A stretch of DNA of 64,000 nt from Deltaproteobacteria bacterium HGW-Deltaproteobacteria-13 (GCA_002840555.1 PHBJ01000003.1:64412-128411); one strand, 5' to 3'. Numbered from the stretch's first letter, positions 37,483-47,153 are shown. Numbers and translations: made by a program. Notes: generated by a model from the letters alone, not told the origin.

Positions 37483-38451
37483 GTGATTGATGAAATAATG
37501 CCCCGGCTTTACCGGATTATAATCCCCCTGCCCAACAGTCCGCTCAAAGATCTCAATTCATACGTGATCAAATCCGGCGACAGGAACCTGATTATTGACA
37601 CGGGCTTCAACCGCACCGTTTGCATGGAAGCTATGCAGGCAGGTTTGCGCGCTCTTGATATTGATTTGTCCAAAACAGATTTCATGCTGACCCATATGCA
37701 CTCCGACCACACCGGGCTTGTTTCCCGGCTGGCTACCGATACCAGTGCGGTTTATTTCAGCAGGATTGATTCCTCCGTATTCAATGAGAACATCAACTGG
37801 CAGGCTATGATGGATTTCGCCTTATGCAACGGCTTTCAATTAGAGGAACTTGTGAAGGCTGTCGAAAGTCATCCCGGATTGAAATACAGCCCGAAGAAAA
37901 TTCCCGAATTTACCTTTCTTGACGACGGCAGTATCATTCAAGCCGGCGACTATCGCCTCAAATGCCTGCTGACCCCCGGACATACCCAGGGACATATCTG
38001 CCTTTACGATGAAAACAAAAAAATCCTGTTCTCCGGCGATCATGTGCTTTACGACATAACACCGCATATCGAATCATGGTCGTATGAAGTTAATTCTCTT
38101 AAAAATTATCTGGACAGTCTGGACAGGATCAAAAATTTACCCGTCAAAATTGTTCTTCCCGGACACCGCAACTTGTTTACCGACCTCGCGGGAAGGATAG
38201 ATGAATTAAAGAAACACCATGAAATCAGAGTTAATGAAGTACTTGAGGTTTTGGGTAAAAACACAATGAGCGCATACGATATTGCCGCCGGCATGACCTG
38301 GGATATCGATTGTGAAAGTTGGGAACAATTTCCTGTCACCCAGAAATGGTTTGCCGTCGGCGAAGCCATCGCCCATCTGCGTTATCTCGAAAGCGAAGGA
38401 CGAATCAAAAGAAACACCGATCAGAAGATTGTAACCTTCTCGGCACATTAA
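37483..38451 (+). CDS. MBL-fold metallo-hydrolase
   Basis: THMHSDHTG metal motif, later GHTQGH and PGH. GTG start 7 nt after AAAGGAG. Confidence 0.8.
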   Translation: MIDEIMPRLYRIIIPLPNSPLKDLNSYVIKSGDRNLIIDTGFNRTVCMEAMQAGLRALDIDLSKTDFMLTHMHSDHTGLVSRLATDTSAVYFSRIDSSVFNENINWQAMMDFALCNGFQLEELVKAVESHPGLKYSPKKIPEFTFLDDGSIIQAGDYRLKCLLTPGHTQGHICLYDENKKILFSGDHVLYDITPHIESWSYEVNSLKNYLDSLDRIKNLPVKIVLPGHRNLFTDLAGRIDELKKHHEIRVNEVLEVLGKNTMSAYDIAAGMTWDIDCESWEQFPVTQKWFAVGEAIAHLRYLESEGRIKRNTDQKIVTFSAH

Positions 38452-38471
38452 AAGAAAGAACCGCCTCCGGG

Positions 38472-39686
38472 CTATTGAGGCTTACGGAAGACAACCTGGA
38501 TATCGCCCAGAATCCGCTCGGCAAATCCTGCCTCACATGTCGCCAGATAATATTCCCACTTCCGCTGAAAGACCCGGTCGAAACCCAGCGCGGATATCGA
38601 TTCGATATTGAGAAGATATTTCTCGCGCCAGTCCCTGAGCGTTGTCGCGTAATGAGTGCCGATATTCTCCAGTTTCTCCATAATGAAGTTGGAATATTTT
38701 GTCGCAGCTTCACTGAGAACCGTAACCGACGGCAAATGTCCGCCGGGGAAAATATGTTTCTGTATCCAATCCGTTTCACGACAATACAGATCATAGCGCT
38801 GGTCAGGGATGGTGATGACCTGAATCACCAGGAGCCCTCCCGGCTTAAGCAGGCGGTCGCAACACTGAAAAAACGGACCCAGATAGCGATGTCCGACAGC
38901 CTCCAGCATTTCGATGGAAATAATTTTATCATAGAGTCCTTTGACTTCCCGGTAATCCTGAAAAAGAATTTTAATTTTCTCCTGAAGTTTCTCCTGTTTG
39001 ACGCGATCGACGGCAAGCTGGTATTGTTCTTTCGAAATGGTAATACCGGTGACGCTGCATCCGGTCTGCTTTACCGCTTCCATCGCGAAACCGCACCAGC
39101 CGCAGCCGATTTCGAGAACATGATCGGTTGACGTAATGTGTGCTTTGTCAATGATCCTTTTGATTTTATTGGCCTGGGCATCCTGACACGTATCGTTTTC
39201 CGAAGAGTATATGCCGCAGGAATAAAGCATTGTCGGATCAAGAAACAGCTGAAAAAATTCATTGCTCAGATCATAGTGATCGCGAATGTTTTTACGGCTG
39301 CCCGTCAGAGTGTTTTCCCGCACAAATTGAAAAAGACGGTTTTTCTGCCGGGACAGCCATGAGGTCACCGGAGAACCGTCCGTTAACATACTTCTGTTTC
39401 TGATTAAAACACGAAAGAGAGCGGGGATATCTTTTGTATCCCAAATGCCTTCCATAAAGGATTCACCCAGGCCGACCGTGCCGCCCAGAACGAAATCGGT
39501 GAAGAAACGGTAATCGTGAATTTCTATTCGGGTTGAATCCGGTGAAACCGGATCACCGAAATGTTTCTCACAGTGATCCGGAAGAATCAAAGTGAGACGT
39601 CCGTATTTCATTCTCTGTAAAAGTCTAAAGAGAATGGACATGGAAAACTTTTGTAAGCGGGTGGGCGAATTGTTACCGGTTGTCAT
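38472..39686 (-). CDS. cfa: Cyclopropane-fatty-acyl-phospholipid synthase
   Basis: CMAS-family motifs (HYDLSNEFFQLFLDPTMLYSCG, VLEIGCGWCGFA). Start set at the ATG at 39686 after AAGGAGG. Confidence 0.85.
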   Translation of the reverse strand: MTTGNNSPTRLQKFSMSILFRLLQRMKYGRLTLILPDHCEKHFGDPVSPDSTRIEIHDYRFFTDFVLGGTVGLGESFMEGIWDTKDIPALFRVLIRNRSMLTDGSPVTSWLSRQKNRLFQFVRENTLTGSRKNIRDHYDLSNEFFQLFLDPTMLYSCGIYSSENDTCQDAQANKIKRIIDKAHITSTDHVLEIGCGWCGFAMEAVKQTGCSVTGITISKEQYQLAVDRVKQEKLQEKIKILFQDYREVKGLYDKIISIEMLEAVGHRYLGPFFQCCDRLLKPGGLLVIQVITIPDQRYDLYCRETDWIQKHIFPGGHLPSVTVLSEAATKYSNFIMEKLENIGTHYATTLRDWREKYLLNIESISALGFDRVFQRKWEYYLATCEAGFAERILGDIQVVFRKPQ

Positions 39687-39926
39687 AGCGATATCCTCCT
39701 TAGGATTATGACAAAACCAGGCTGGCAGACATTCTGCAATCCCGCGCCCTAAAAAGCCGTAACCAGGCCAACCGTTATGACGCAACACAATTTTAATATA
39801 TGTATGATCATAACGTCAAGAAAAAGATGAGGAGAGAAAACTTATTTTCATCATAAGAAAGCATATCTTATCATACGCTTAGACCCGACACTGTTCAGCC
39901 AAATCGTTATGGGCAAATAATATAGC

Positions 39927-39955
39927 TTGACTATTATACACAACTAACGTAGCAT
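39927..39955 (+). promoter_or_regulatory. Candidate sigma70 promoter of the cold-shock gene
   Basis: TTGACT, 17 nt, TAGCAT. Would give a 5' UTR of about 165 nt. Confidence 0.3.
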
Positions 39956-40031
39956 CCGTTCAACTTCGGATATTTAGAAATAAAGATTTGAAGGAAAGAG
40001 TTGGATTTAGACATTTTGAAGCACATAGGTT

Positions 40032-40066
40032 AGCCACCAGGTACTTTAGGGTCTTGGTGGCTTTTT
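40032..40066 (+). promoter_or_regulatory. Terminator-like hairpin inside the putative csp 5' UTR
   Basis: AGCCACCA / TGGTGGCT 8-bp stem followed by TTTTT, about 60 nt upstream of the csp ATG. Confidence 0.35.
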
Positions 40067-40124
40067 AAGTTCTGTCATCGTGCTAGTTCGACTTTTGGAA
40101 ATTCTAAGAAAGGAGGATAGCATT

Positions 40125-40325
40125 ATGTCACAAGGTAAAGTAAAGTGGTTCAACGAACGTAAAGGTTTCGGCTTCATCGAAAAAGAAGAAGGCGGCGATG
40201 TTTTTGTACATTTCAGCGCGATTCAGGCCAGCGGCTTCAAGACGTTAAATGAGGGCCAGGCTGTAAGCTTTGATATTGTCCAGGGCAAAAAAGGCCAGGA
40301 AGCGGAAAACGTCAAACCTGTCTAG
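40125..40325 (+). CDS. Cold-shock protein (CspA family, CSD)
   Basis: [18 protein letters not shown] ... [12 protein letters not shown]1/RNP2 motifs. AGGAGG RBS. Confidence 0.95.
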   Translation: MSQGKVKWFNERKGFGFIEKEEGGDVFVHFSAIQASGFKTLNEGQAVSFDIVQGKKGQEAENVKPV

Positions 40326-40349
40326 TTTTTGTTGAAAACTAAAAAATTG

Positions 40350-40392
40350 AGCACTCCGTGTATGAGAAATCATGCCGGGGTGCTTTTTTTTG
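40350..40392 (+). terminator. Rho-independent terminator
   Basis: AGCACTCCG / CGGGGTGCT stem (one G-U pair) followed by a T8 run, 25 nt after the csp stop. Confidence 0.6.
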
Positions 40393-40485
40393 GCACTCCG
40401 TTACCGTTTTTATGTCATGTCATTTTTACATAAATCATTGACTGCAAAATGCGGGAGCATGTTGGTGATGACTATGGCAACAAGA

Positions 40486-40851
40486 TTATTCTTCTAAAGA
40501 TTTAATAATTAAATATGCCGAAGCCGTATTCGTCGCCAAGGGAATATTATGAACATCACATATACGCATCAGCATAAAAATATCGGGATCGTGCGGATGG
40601 TTTCCCAGCGGGTCGCGCAAAAAAATAACCGCCTGAACCTTTCCGTCAACGACATCGGAAGCAATCTGAGCATCACCGCCTAGAGGTCCTGACATTTTTT
40701 TCTCAACTTTCAATCCAGCCTTTTCGATATGACTGCCGGTAGAACCTGTAGCGATTAAGTTATATTTCTTTAGTATATCAAAGTTGTCTTTTACGAAGGC
40801 AACCATTTCCGCTTTCTTCCCGTCATGCGCTATGATAGCTATTGTTTTCAT
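40486..40851 (-). CDS. mgsA: Methylglyoxal synthase
   Basis: IAIIAHDGKK...LIATGSTG...GPLGGDAQI...FLRDPL..HPHDPD full-length MGS signature. Confidence 0.9.
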   Translation of the reverse strand: MKTIAIIAHDGKKAEMVAFVKDNFDILKKYNLIATGSTGSHIEKAGLKVEKKMSGPLGGDAQIASDVVDGKVQAVIFLRDPLGNHPHDPDIFMLMRICDVHNIPLATNTASAYLIIKSLEE

Positions 40852-40963
40852 TGTATCTCTTTTAACCTCTATGATGAATCGTTTGTTAAGTAATTATAAT
40901 AATTTCGGTCTTGCATGTCAATGCAATACGGACCGAATACCTGGACGGCGGCGTTAATTTTGA

Positions 40964-42160
40964 TTATCTTCCCTTTGACGTAAGGTGCTGTACGGCTTTT
41001 TCCAGGCCGTCGAGAGTCAATTCAAACATGGGGAAAATCTGCCGGATCAACTCCGTCGTCCTGCTGTACTCCCATTGATGAAAAGGCACGGGATTCAGCC
41101 AGGCGCAGTGACTAAATGTTTTGGCCAGAAATCTCAGACGTTCAATACTGGTGCCTGTTTGTTTGGTATCTATGTAGATCGCTCCATTGGGATGAACCAA
41201 TTCATAAGGAGCCATGCTGGCATCTCCCACAAATATCAGACGGGTCTCCGGATCCCGGCGAATGAAATCGTCAACCTCTTCCGGCTTGTAGTACCTCTGC
41301 GGATCGGACCAGACGCGGCTGTAGATGGTATTATGGAAAAAATAAATTTTCAGATCCTTGAACTGAGAACTGGCGTAATGAAAAAGAGTCTGGACGACAT
41401 CAATGTACGGGTCCATGGACCAGCCGCCGTTGTCAATCAGGAGGATAACCTTCAGACGGTCAGCCAGACGACGATCGAAGATAATGTCGATTTCCCCGGC
41501 ATTGCGCATGGTTTCGTAGATGGTCTTATCAACGTTTACAATATCTTTCGGACCTGTGGGCGCCATGCGGCGCAGTCTTTTCATCGCTTCGCCCATCTGA
41601 AACTGAGTCAGGGGACCTTCCTGGGAATAATCCCGGTAGCGCCGCTCCATGGCTACCTTGACGGCCGAGTGATTTCTCGACGCCCCGCCGACGCGCATTC
41701 CGCCCGGATGCGTGCCGGAATGTCCCGTGGGTGATGTTCCTTTTGTTCCGATCCATTTACTGCCGCCGTGGTGAGCTTCGGTCTGTTCTTTCAGGCGGTC
41801 AAGAAAATATTGAAGCAACTCTTCCGGCGTCATATTTTTCAGTTTCTCCTGATCGACGCCCAGAGCTTCAGCCATTCCTTCAGGATTTTGCAGCCATTCT
41901 TCAAGCATGGTGCGGGCGATTTCCGTCAACTCGATTGTTGTCGGATCTTCCAGGGAAGCGTTTTTGAAATGATAAGCGAATATCTGATCGTATGTATCAA
42001 AATAGCGTTCACTCTTTACAAGAATGGTCCGGGCGACCGTGTAAAAATCGTCAAGAGAATGAACTAATCCCTTATTCATCGCTTTCTGCAAACGCAAAAA
42101 AGACGTTGGCGTGACAGGAATCCCGCGACCTTTCAGAGTATAGAAAAAATCAACAAACAC
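40964..42160 (-). CDS. VWA-domain protein (CoxE-like partner of MoxR ATPase)
   Basis: C-terminal VWA-like core (VILLIDNGGWSMDPY ... FVGDASM). GTG start 10 nt after the ATPase stop. Confidence 0.6.
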   Translation of the reverse strand: MFVDFFYTLKGRGIPVTPTSFLRLQKAMNKGLVHSLDDFYTVARTILVKSERYFDTYDQIFAYHFKNASLEDPTTIELTEIARTMLEEWLQNPEGMAEALGVDQEKLKNMTPEELLQYFLDRLKEQTEAHHGGSKWIGTKGTSPTGHSGTHPGGMRVGGASRNHSAVKVAMERRYRDYSQEGPLTQFQMGEAMKRLRRMAPTGPKDIVNVDKTIYETMRNAGEIDIIFDRRLADRLKVILLIDNGGWSMDPYIDVVQTLFHYASSQFKDLKIYFFHNTIYSRVWSDPQRYYKPEEVDDFIRRDPETRLIFVGDASMAPYELVHPNGAIYIDTKQTGTSIERLRFLAKTFSHCAWLNPVPFHQWEYSRTTELIRQIFPMFELTLDGLEKAVQHLTSKGR

Positions 42161-42170
42161 AAATTAAACC

Positions 42171-43022
42171 TCAACCGCGTGATTTTACAACCTGCTGGAT
42201 GGCTTGTTGGAGATCAGCGCTTTTTTTGAAGAGAATTCCAAGAAAAGGCGCCCGTCCCTGAAGAAGTGTTTTGGGTCTGAAGTCAGGATCGCTTTTCAAA
42301 GCGCGAATCCAGTTGATTAATTCCCGTGTGGCCGGTTTTTTTTCGATCCCCCGCAATTCCCGCAGACGGTAAAACGTGCTGATACAGACGGTCATCAGTT
42401 CTTCGTCCAGTTTCGGGAAATGCACTTCCACGATCATGCGCATCATATCGGGATCGGGAAAAGCGATATGATGAAAATTGCAGCGCCCGAGAAACGGATC
42501 GGAAAGATCTTTTTTAGCGTTGGATGTGATAATAATAACCGGACGATGTTTGGCTTTGATGGTTTTGTCTATTTCAATAATATCAAACTGCATCTGGTCG
42601 AGAACGTCCAGCATATCGTCCTGAAAATCCGCGTCGGCCTTATCAATTTCATCAATCAGCAGAATGGTTCTTTTCTCTGCCGTAAAAGCCTGACCCACCT
42701 TGCCCATTTTAATATAAGATTCGATATTGCTTACATCCCGCTTGGAATCGCCAAAACGGCTGTCGTTGAGACGGGTCAGCGTGTCGTACTGGTAAAGCGC
42801 CTCGATGAGTTTCATGCTCGACTTGACGTTGAGAACAATCAGCGGCATTTGCAGACTCTCCGCGATGGCATGGGCCAGCATGGTTTTTCCCGTGCCCGGT
42901 TCACCCTTGAGTAAAAGAGGCATTTCCAAAACCATGGAAACATTTACTATTTTCGCCAGTTCATCATCTAAAACATATTTAGACGCTCCGCTGAACCGGG
43001 GATTATTTTTTTCTGAAGACAT
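42171..43022 (-). CDS. MoxR-like AAA+ ATPase
   Basis: Walker A GEPGTGKT, Walker B LLIDEIDKA, arginine-finger region. Start set at the ATG at 43022 after AGGAG. Confidence 0.8.
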   Translation of the reverse strand: MSSEKNNPRFSGASKYVLDDELAKIVNVSMVLEMPLLLKGEPGTGKTMLAHAIAESLQMPLIVLNVKSSMKLIEALYQYDTLTRLNDSRFGDSKRDVSNIESYIKMGKVGQAFTAEKRTILLIDEIDKADADFQDDMLDVLDQMQFDIIEIDKTIKAKHRPVIIITSNAKKDLSDPFLGRCNFHHIAFPDPDMMRMIVEVHFPKLDEELMTVCISTFYRLRELRGIEKKPATRELINWIRALKSDPDFRPKTLLQGRAPFLGILFKKSADLQQAIQQVVKSRG

Positions 43023-43162
43023 GATCAACTCCTGTTGCCCCTGATTAAAACGCAAAACGTCCGTAAAGGGCTAATTTGTAATTTACAACCCTTTTTTACT
43101 ATCCGATTACGAAGGAATTTACCAGTCGTTTTTGAATTGGTTTTTCAGGGCATTTATCTGAT

Positions 43163-43352
43163 GGTTCAAACTGCAAGAACCCGCCTAAAGAAGCTGTCAT
43201 TGCCCAACTTGATTGGGCAATCCAGTTTTCTTTTTTATCTACTGGTTCAATCATTCTGATTGAACCAGTTATTTGATTCTGCTATAAGATCCCAACAACA
43301 TTGATTTAATCCAAAAATAAAAATGTTTAGGTTCAAGCTACAAGCTTGAACC
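43163..43352. repeat. REP-like hairpin cluster 1 (four hairpins)
   Basis: GGTTCAAACTGCAAGAACC (43163-43181), ATTGCCCAA-cttga-TTGGGCAAT (43199-43221), GGTTCAATC-attct-GATTGAACC (within 43242-43268), GGTTCAAGCT-aca-AGCTTGAACC (43330-43352). Confidence 0.8.
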
Positions 43353-43405
43353 AGCTGGTAGGAGGAGGCAAACAAAAAGATGAAAGAACTCACAGACGCT
43401 GTTGA

Positions 43406-43570
43406 AAAAATAGTCAAGTTGGAGCTACATTGAAAACGAAGGATGGTTCATTAGAGCATGTTACAAGTTCTGTTCTCGAAAAGCATCCCGAAACAGTTTA
43501 CAATATTGAAGTAGAAGGCAATCACAATTATTTTGTAACTAATAGCAATATACTGGTGCATAACAAGTAA
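43406..43570 (+). pseudogene. C-terminal fragment of a Hint/intein-like (polymorphic-toxin HINT or BIL) domain
   Basis: Frame 2 reads ...TLKTKDGSLEHVTSSVLEKHPETVYNIEVEGNHNYFVTNSNILVHNK*. This is the classic Hint C-terminal blocks (VYNIEVEG-NHNYFV ... ILVHN). There is no upstream continuation (stop at 43403-43405). Confidence 0.5.
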
Positions 43571-43618
43571 TTGTCTGACAAACAAAAGTTTTACATTAAC
43601 AATAAAACAAATTAGGTC

Positions 43619-43987
43619 ATGCGATACTTTTATTACAGAATTTACCAGCAATTGAAGAAAGTAAAATCTAACGATACACCAGCGTTTAATGCTTTAGCAT
43701 TATTAGTTTTGGTGCAGACAATTAATATAGCAACCGTATTGTCCCTAATAAAAGTCTTTGTGAAAATCGAAATAGGAAAGCAACATGTTGTTATTGTAGG
43801 GCTGGCAATGTCTTTTCTGCTACTAATTATACAATTTAAAACCCTTTTTGGGAAGCGGGCTGAAATATGTAAGCAGTATGAAAACGAAACGAAGGAAGAA
43901 AGGCGGCGAAGCACTACTTATTTGCTTCTATACATTGTACTCAGTGTAGTTGTCTTTTTTGCAATAGGCGAAACTTTGATTAGATAG
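43619..43987 (+). CDS. Small membrane protein of unknown function
   Basis: 122-aa ORF with three hydrophobic helices, AT-rich, directly downstream of the Hint fragment. Coding status unproven. Confidence 0.35.
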   Translation: MRYFYYRIYQQLKKVKSNDTPAFNALALLVLVQTINIATVLSLIKVFVKIEIGKQHVVIVGLAMSFLLLIIQFKTLFGKRAEICKQYENETKEERRRSTTYLLLYIVLSVVVFFAIGETLIR

Positions 43988-44037
43988 GGAATAAAGGGGA
44001 CGGTTCTATTTAATTGACAAGACGGTATCATCTCTTG

Positions 44038-44182
44038 CTGGTTCAATCATTCTGATTGAACCAGTTATTTGATTCTGCTATAAACACTCAACAATATCGA
44101 TTTAATCCGAAAATAAATACTTTGCTGGAGCAATCATGCTGATTGCTCCGAAATGTTTCGGTTCAATCTGCAAGCTTGAACC
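44038..44182. repeat. REP-like hairpin cluster 2 (composite module A-B-C)
   Basis: A GGTTCAATC-attct-GATTGAACC (in 44038-44064), B GGAGCAATC-atgct-GATTGCTCC (44127-44149), C GGTTCAATCT-gca-AGCTTGAACC (44160-44182). The first 46 nt are identical to 43242-43287. Confidence 0.85.
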
Positions 44183-44210
44183 AGCTATTGAACCAGTTAT
44201 TAAGGAAACT

Positions 44211-44714
44211 ATGCCGTCAGTAAGAATCTCAAAAGAGCTTAAAAACAGGATTTACTTTGTGACCTTCACCGTTCATAACTGGTACTACCTTTTTGATCGC
44301 CATAACCGCTTTGAAATTCTGGAAGACAGTTTTGTGTTTTGTCAAAAGAATAAGGAACTGAAAATCCATGCTTTCGTTTTTATGCTCAATCATCTCCATT
44401 TCATCGGCACGGCGCCGGATATGATTGCCGTTATCCGCGATATGAAAACTTATCTGGCCAAAGAGCTGAAGAAAAATATAGGCTATACAGAACCAGGAAT
44501 ATTAAAACTCTTTGAAAAAGACGGCTCATATCATTTCTGGAAAGAAACAAATTTCCCTAAAGTGATTGAAAGTGAAGATTTCCTGCATCAGAAGATTGAA
44601 TATATTGAATCCAACCCTGTACGCAAACAGTACGTGCTTTATCCGGAAGATTGGCGCTGGTCATCAACAAGTAAAGTGCCGACAATAATTGCAGTAACGA
44701 ATGTTGAAGAATAA
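44211..44714 (+). CDS. Y1 (HUH) transposase of the IS200/IS605 TnpA superfamily, REP-associated (RAYT-like)
   Basis: HUH motif FMLNHLHFIG and catalytic Tyr region IEYIESNPVRKQYV...WRWSS. Flanked on both sides by the hairpin modules. Start set at 44211 after AAGGAA. Confidence 0.75.
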   Translation: MPSVRISKELKNRIYFVTFTVHNWYYLFDRHNRFEILEDSFVFCQKNKELKIHAFVFMLNHLHFIGTAPDMIAVIRDMKTYLAKELKKNIGYTEPGILKLFEKDGSYHFWKETNFPKVIESEDFLHQKIEYIESNPVRKQYVLYPEDWRWSSTSKVPTIIAVTNVEE

Positions 44715-44722
44715 AAATATTG

Positions 44723-44888
44723 GGTTCAATCTGCAAGATTGAACCAGCCTATAGATTTGAAATTTTTCTAGCTGGAGCAATTTCCTGCGGGTTCAATCAT
44801 TCTGATTGAACCGTTTATTTGATCTTTCTGCTGGAGCAATCATGCTGATTGCTCCATAATGTTTCGGTTCAATCTACAAGATTGAACC
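44723..44888. repeat. REP-like hairpin cluster 3 (C, then module A-B-C)
   Basis: GGTTCAATCT-gca-AGATTGAACC (44723-44745), A (44790-44812), B (44833-44855), C GGTTCAATCT-aca-AGATTGAACC (44866-44888). Confidence 0.85.
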
Positions 44889-44905
44889 AGCATTTAGATC
44901 AGCAT

Positions 44906-46402
44906 TTAGAATTTTAACGATGGTCTTTTATCGAACCAGGGTTTCGCTTTTTCCAGTTGGGACGCAAGCCGAAACAAAGCGGCTTCATCACCGAATGGTG
45001 CGATAAACTGCACGCCGCAGGGCATACCGTTTTTATCCCATTCCAGGGGCACATTCATTGCCGGCTGGCCGGTAAAATTGGCTAATTGGGTAAAAGGCGT
45101 TTTGGCGAGAGTCTGTATCGCTATTTGGTTTACCATCCCGGAGGCTTTGGCGAGAGACCCGAGTTTCAAAACACTGATTATTTTCATGGCGGCCTTCTCG
45201 TATGATTTCGGCATAAGCTCACCGATTTTCGCTGCCGGATAAGCTACCGTCGGTGTGAGATATAAATCATATTTTAGATGAAATTGCCCCATGGCTCTGG
45301 CGGCAATATCCCATTCCCGCGTCGCTTCCACGAAATCCGCCGCGCTGTAACAATGGCCGAGTGCGCCGAAAAACCAGGTGGTGATTTCGAAATCCTCACG
45401 GCCGACTTTTTTCTTCAAAACCGATTCCGCCAGTTTTATGTCGGCGGCGGTTTCACCAAAGTACATCGTAAAATAAGAGTCAGCGAGTTTTAAACCGTCA
45501 ATTTCCGGCTTCGCCTCTTCCACCTTGTGTCCCAAATCCTGGAGCAATTTGGCAGTCTGTAAGACGGCATCTCTGCAATACTCATGCGTTCCTGTCCCCA
45601 GCGGAGACTCCGTATTGAAGGCGATTTTTAATGAGCCGGGTTCGTGATTTATTTCTTCACTGTATGGTCTTTCAGGAGGCTTGATCACGTAAGGCGCTCC
45701 GGCATCGGCACCCTGAATTGCGTCCAGCATGGCGGCGCTGTCGCGCACCGACCGTGTCAGCACATGCTCTATTGCCGCGCCCTGCCACCATTCACCGACC
45801 TTCGGTCCTGTGGGCGTACGGCCCCGCGATGTTTTTAATCCGAACAGCCCGCAGTAACAGGCGGGGATGCGAATGGAGCCGCCTCCGTCTCCACCCGATG
45901 CCACAGGCACCATGCCGGAAGCGACAGCCGCGGCAGATCCTCCGCTCGAGCCGCCGGGAGTATGTCCGACATTCCAGGGATTTCGCGTCGGGCCGAACAG
46001 TTCCGGCTCCGTAATACCCATCAATCCGAACTCGGGAGTGTTGGTTTTACCCAGTGTCATCAAGCCGGATTTTTTGTAACGCTTCACCAGTTCACTGTCA
46101 TAATCGGGGATATAATCTTTATATGCCCGGCAGCCGCTGGCGAATTTTACTCCCGCGTATGCGCCGAGCAAATCCTTCAGAAGAAAAGGAACGCCGGCGA
46201 ACGGTCCGTCAGGCAAAGGATTTCGGGCTGTGGCTCGTCCGATGTCGAACATCGGTGTTACCACGGCATTGATAACCGGATTTATTTTTTCGATGCGGCT
46301 TATCGCTTCTTCACAAAGCTCCGCCGGAGAAATTTTCTTCTCCCGTACAAGCTTCGCCAATCCCAGTCCGTCATATTGATCGTATTCAACAAAACCTGCC
46401 AT
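44906..46402 (-). CDS. Amidase-signature family amidase
   Basis: [31 protein letters not shown] amidase signature with the Ser-cisSer-Lys context. Confidence 0.9.
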   Translation of the reverse strand: MAGFVEYDQYDGLGLAKLVREKKISPAELCEEAISRIEKINPVINAVVTPMFDIGRATARNPLPDGPFAGVPFLLKDLLGAYAGVKFASGCRAYKDYIPDYDSELVKRYKKSGLMTLGKTNTPEFGLMGITEPELFGPTRNPWNVGHTPGGSSGGSAAAVASGMVPVASGGDGGGSIRIPACYCGLFGLKTSRGRTPTGPKVGEWWQGAAIEHVLTRSVRDSAAMLDAIQGADAGAPYVIKPPERPYSEEINHEPGSLKIAFNTESPLGTGTHEYCRDAVLQTAKLLQDLGHKVEEAKPEIDGLKLADSYFTMYFGETAADIKLAESVLKKKVGREDFEITTWFFGALGHCYSAADFVEATREWDIAARAMGQFHLKYDLYLTPTVAYPAAKIGELMPKSYEKAAMKIISVLKLGSLAKASGMVNQIAIQTLAKTPFTQLANFTGQPAMNVPLEWDKNGMPCGVQFIAPFGDEAALFRLASQLEKAKPWFDKRPSLKF

Positions 46403-46663
46403 GATTTCACCTTCCGATTAAAAAATATGTTTGAGATTGATTGATTATGCCAAAGTTTACTACTTCATCACAGATTTTACCAGCGGTAACTCACGCGCAG
46501 TCGAAGTATTAAATTAATTTAAAATCTATTTGCTTCACAAGATTAGCTTGACACAGGTGGCGGTATTCCTTATATTTCGCGTCATAAAAAAGACATTTTC
46601 ATTACAAACAAAAGACTGGAAATCATCTTCCCGACAATTTAATCGGCAACGGAGGTTTGATAA

Positions 46664-47119
46664 GTGTTCTCAAAAGAATTCGTCACCAATATTGAAATTG
46701 AAGCGCCGGCGGAACGTGTCTGGAAAGTACTCACTGATCTTGACTCCTTTCCTCAGTGGAATCCGATGATACGCTGGGCAAAAGGCGAGGTGCGTCCGGG
46801 AGTAAGGCTGACAGTCCGTTTTCAACCCGAGGGCACCCGAGGATATACGTTTACACCGAAGCTGCTGGTTGTTGAACCCAACCGTCAACTGCGCTGGCTG
46901 GGATATCCGAGGATACCCAAATTAATCGATACCGAGCATTATTGGAATCTTGAACGGCTGACCAGTGAAAAAACCCTTTTAAGGCATGGAGCGGTAATCT
47001 ACGGCTGGCTTACGCCCGTCAGTTGGAAAATTTTTGAAAAAAGTTCCAGGGTGCCTTTTGAGCAAATGAACCGCGCTCACAAGCAGCGCGCCGAATTGAA
47101 ACAGGCGGCACGCTTATAG
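46664..47119 (+). CDS. SRPBCC (START/polyketide-cyclase-like) domain protein
   Basis: IEIEAPAERVWKVLTDLDSFPQWNPMI N-terminal signature. GTG start after GGAGG. Confidence 0.7.
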   Translation: MFSKEFVTNIEIEAPAERVWKVLTDLDSFPQWNPMIRWAKGEVRPGVRLTVRFQPEGTRGYTFTPKLLVVEPNRQLRWLGYPRIPKLIDTEHYWNLERLTSEKTLLRHGAVIYGWLTPVSWKIFEKSSRVPFEQMNRAHKQRAELKQAARL

Positions 47120-47153
47120 TATCCGGCGGATTTACTGCCAGGATTTTTAAGCA

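Noticed and set aside
38319-39131. 270-aa plus-strand ORF
   Set aside because: It lies entirely antisense to the well-supported cfa gene, has no recognisable motif and is Arg/Ser-rich, as is typical of shadow frames.
40964-43022. MoxR-VWA pair as a novel system
   Set aside because: This is a common, widely distributed chaperone-like gene pair. Nothing unusual was seen in its architecture or context.
43160-44890. Possible CRISPR array
   Set aside because: The repeats are palindromic hairpins of three sequence types with irregular spacing and shared 'spacer' sequence. They enclose a transposase gene, which fits a REP/RAYT organisation, and no cas genes are present.
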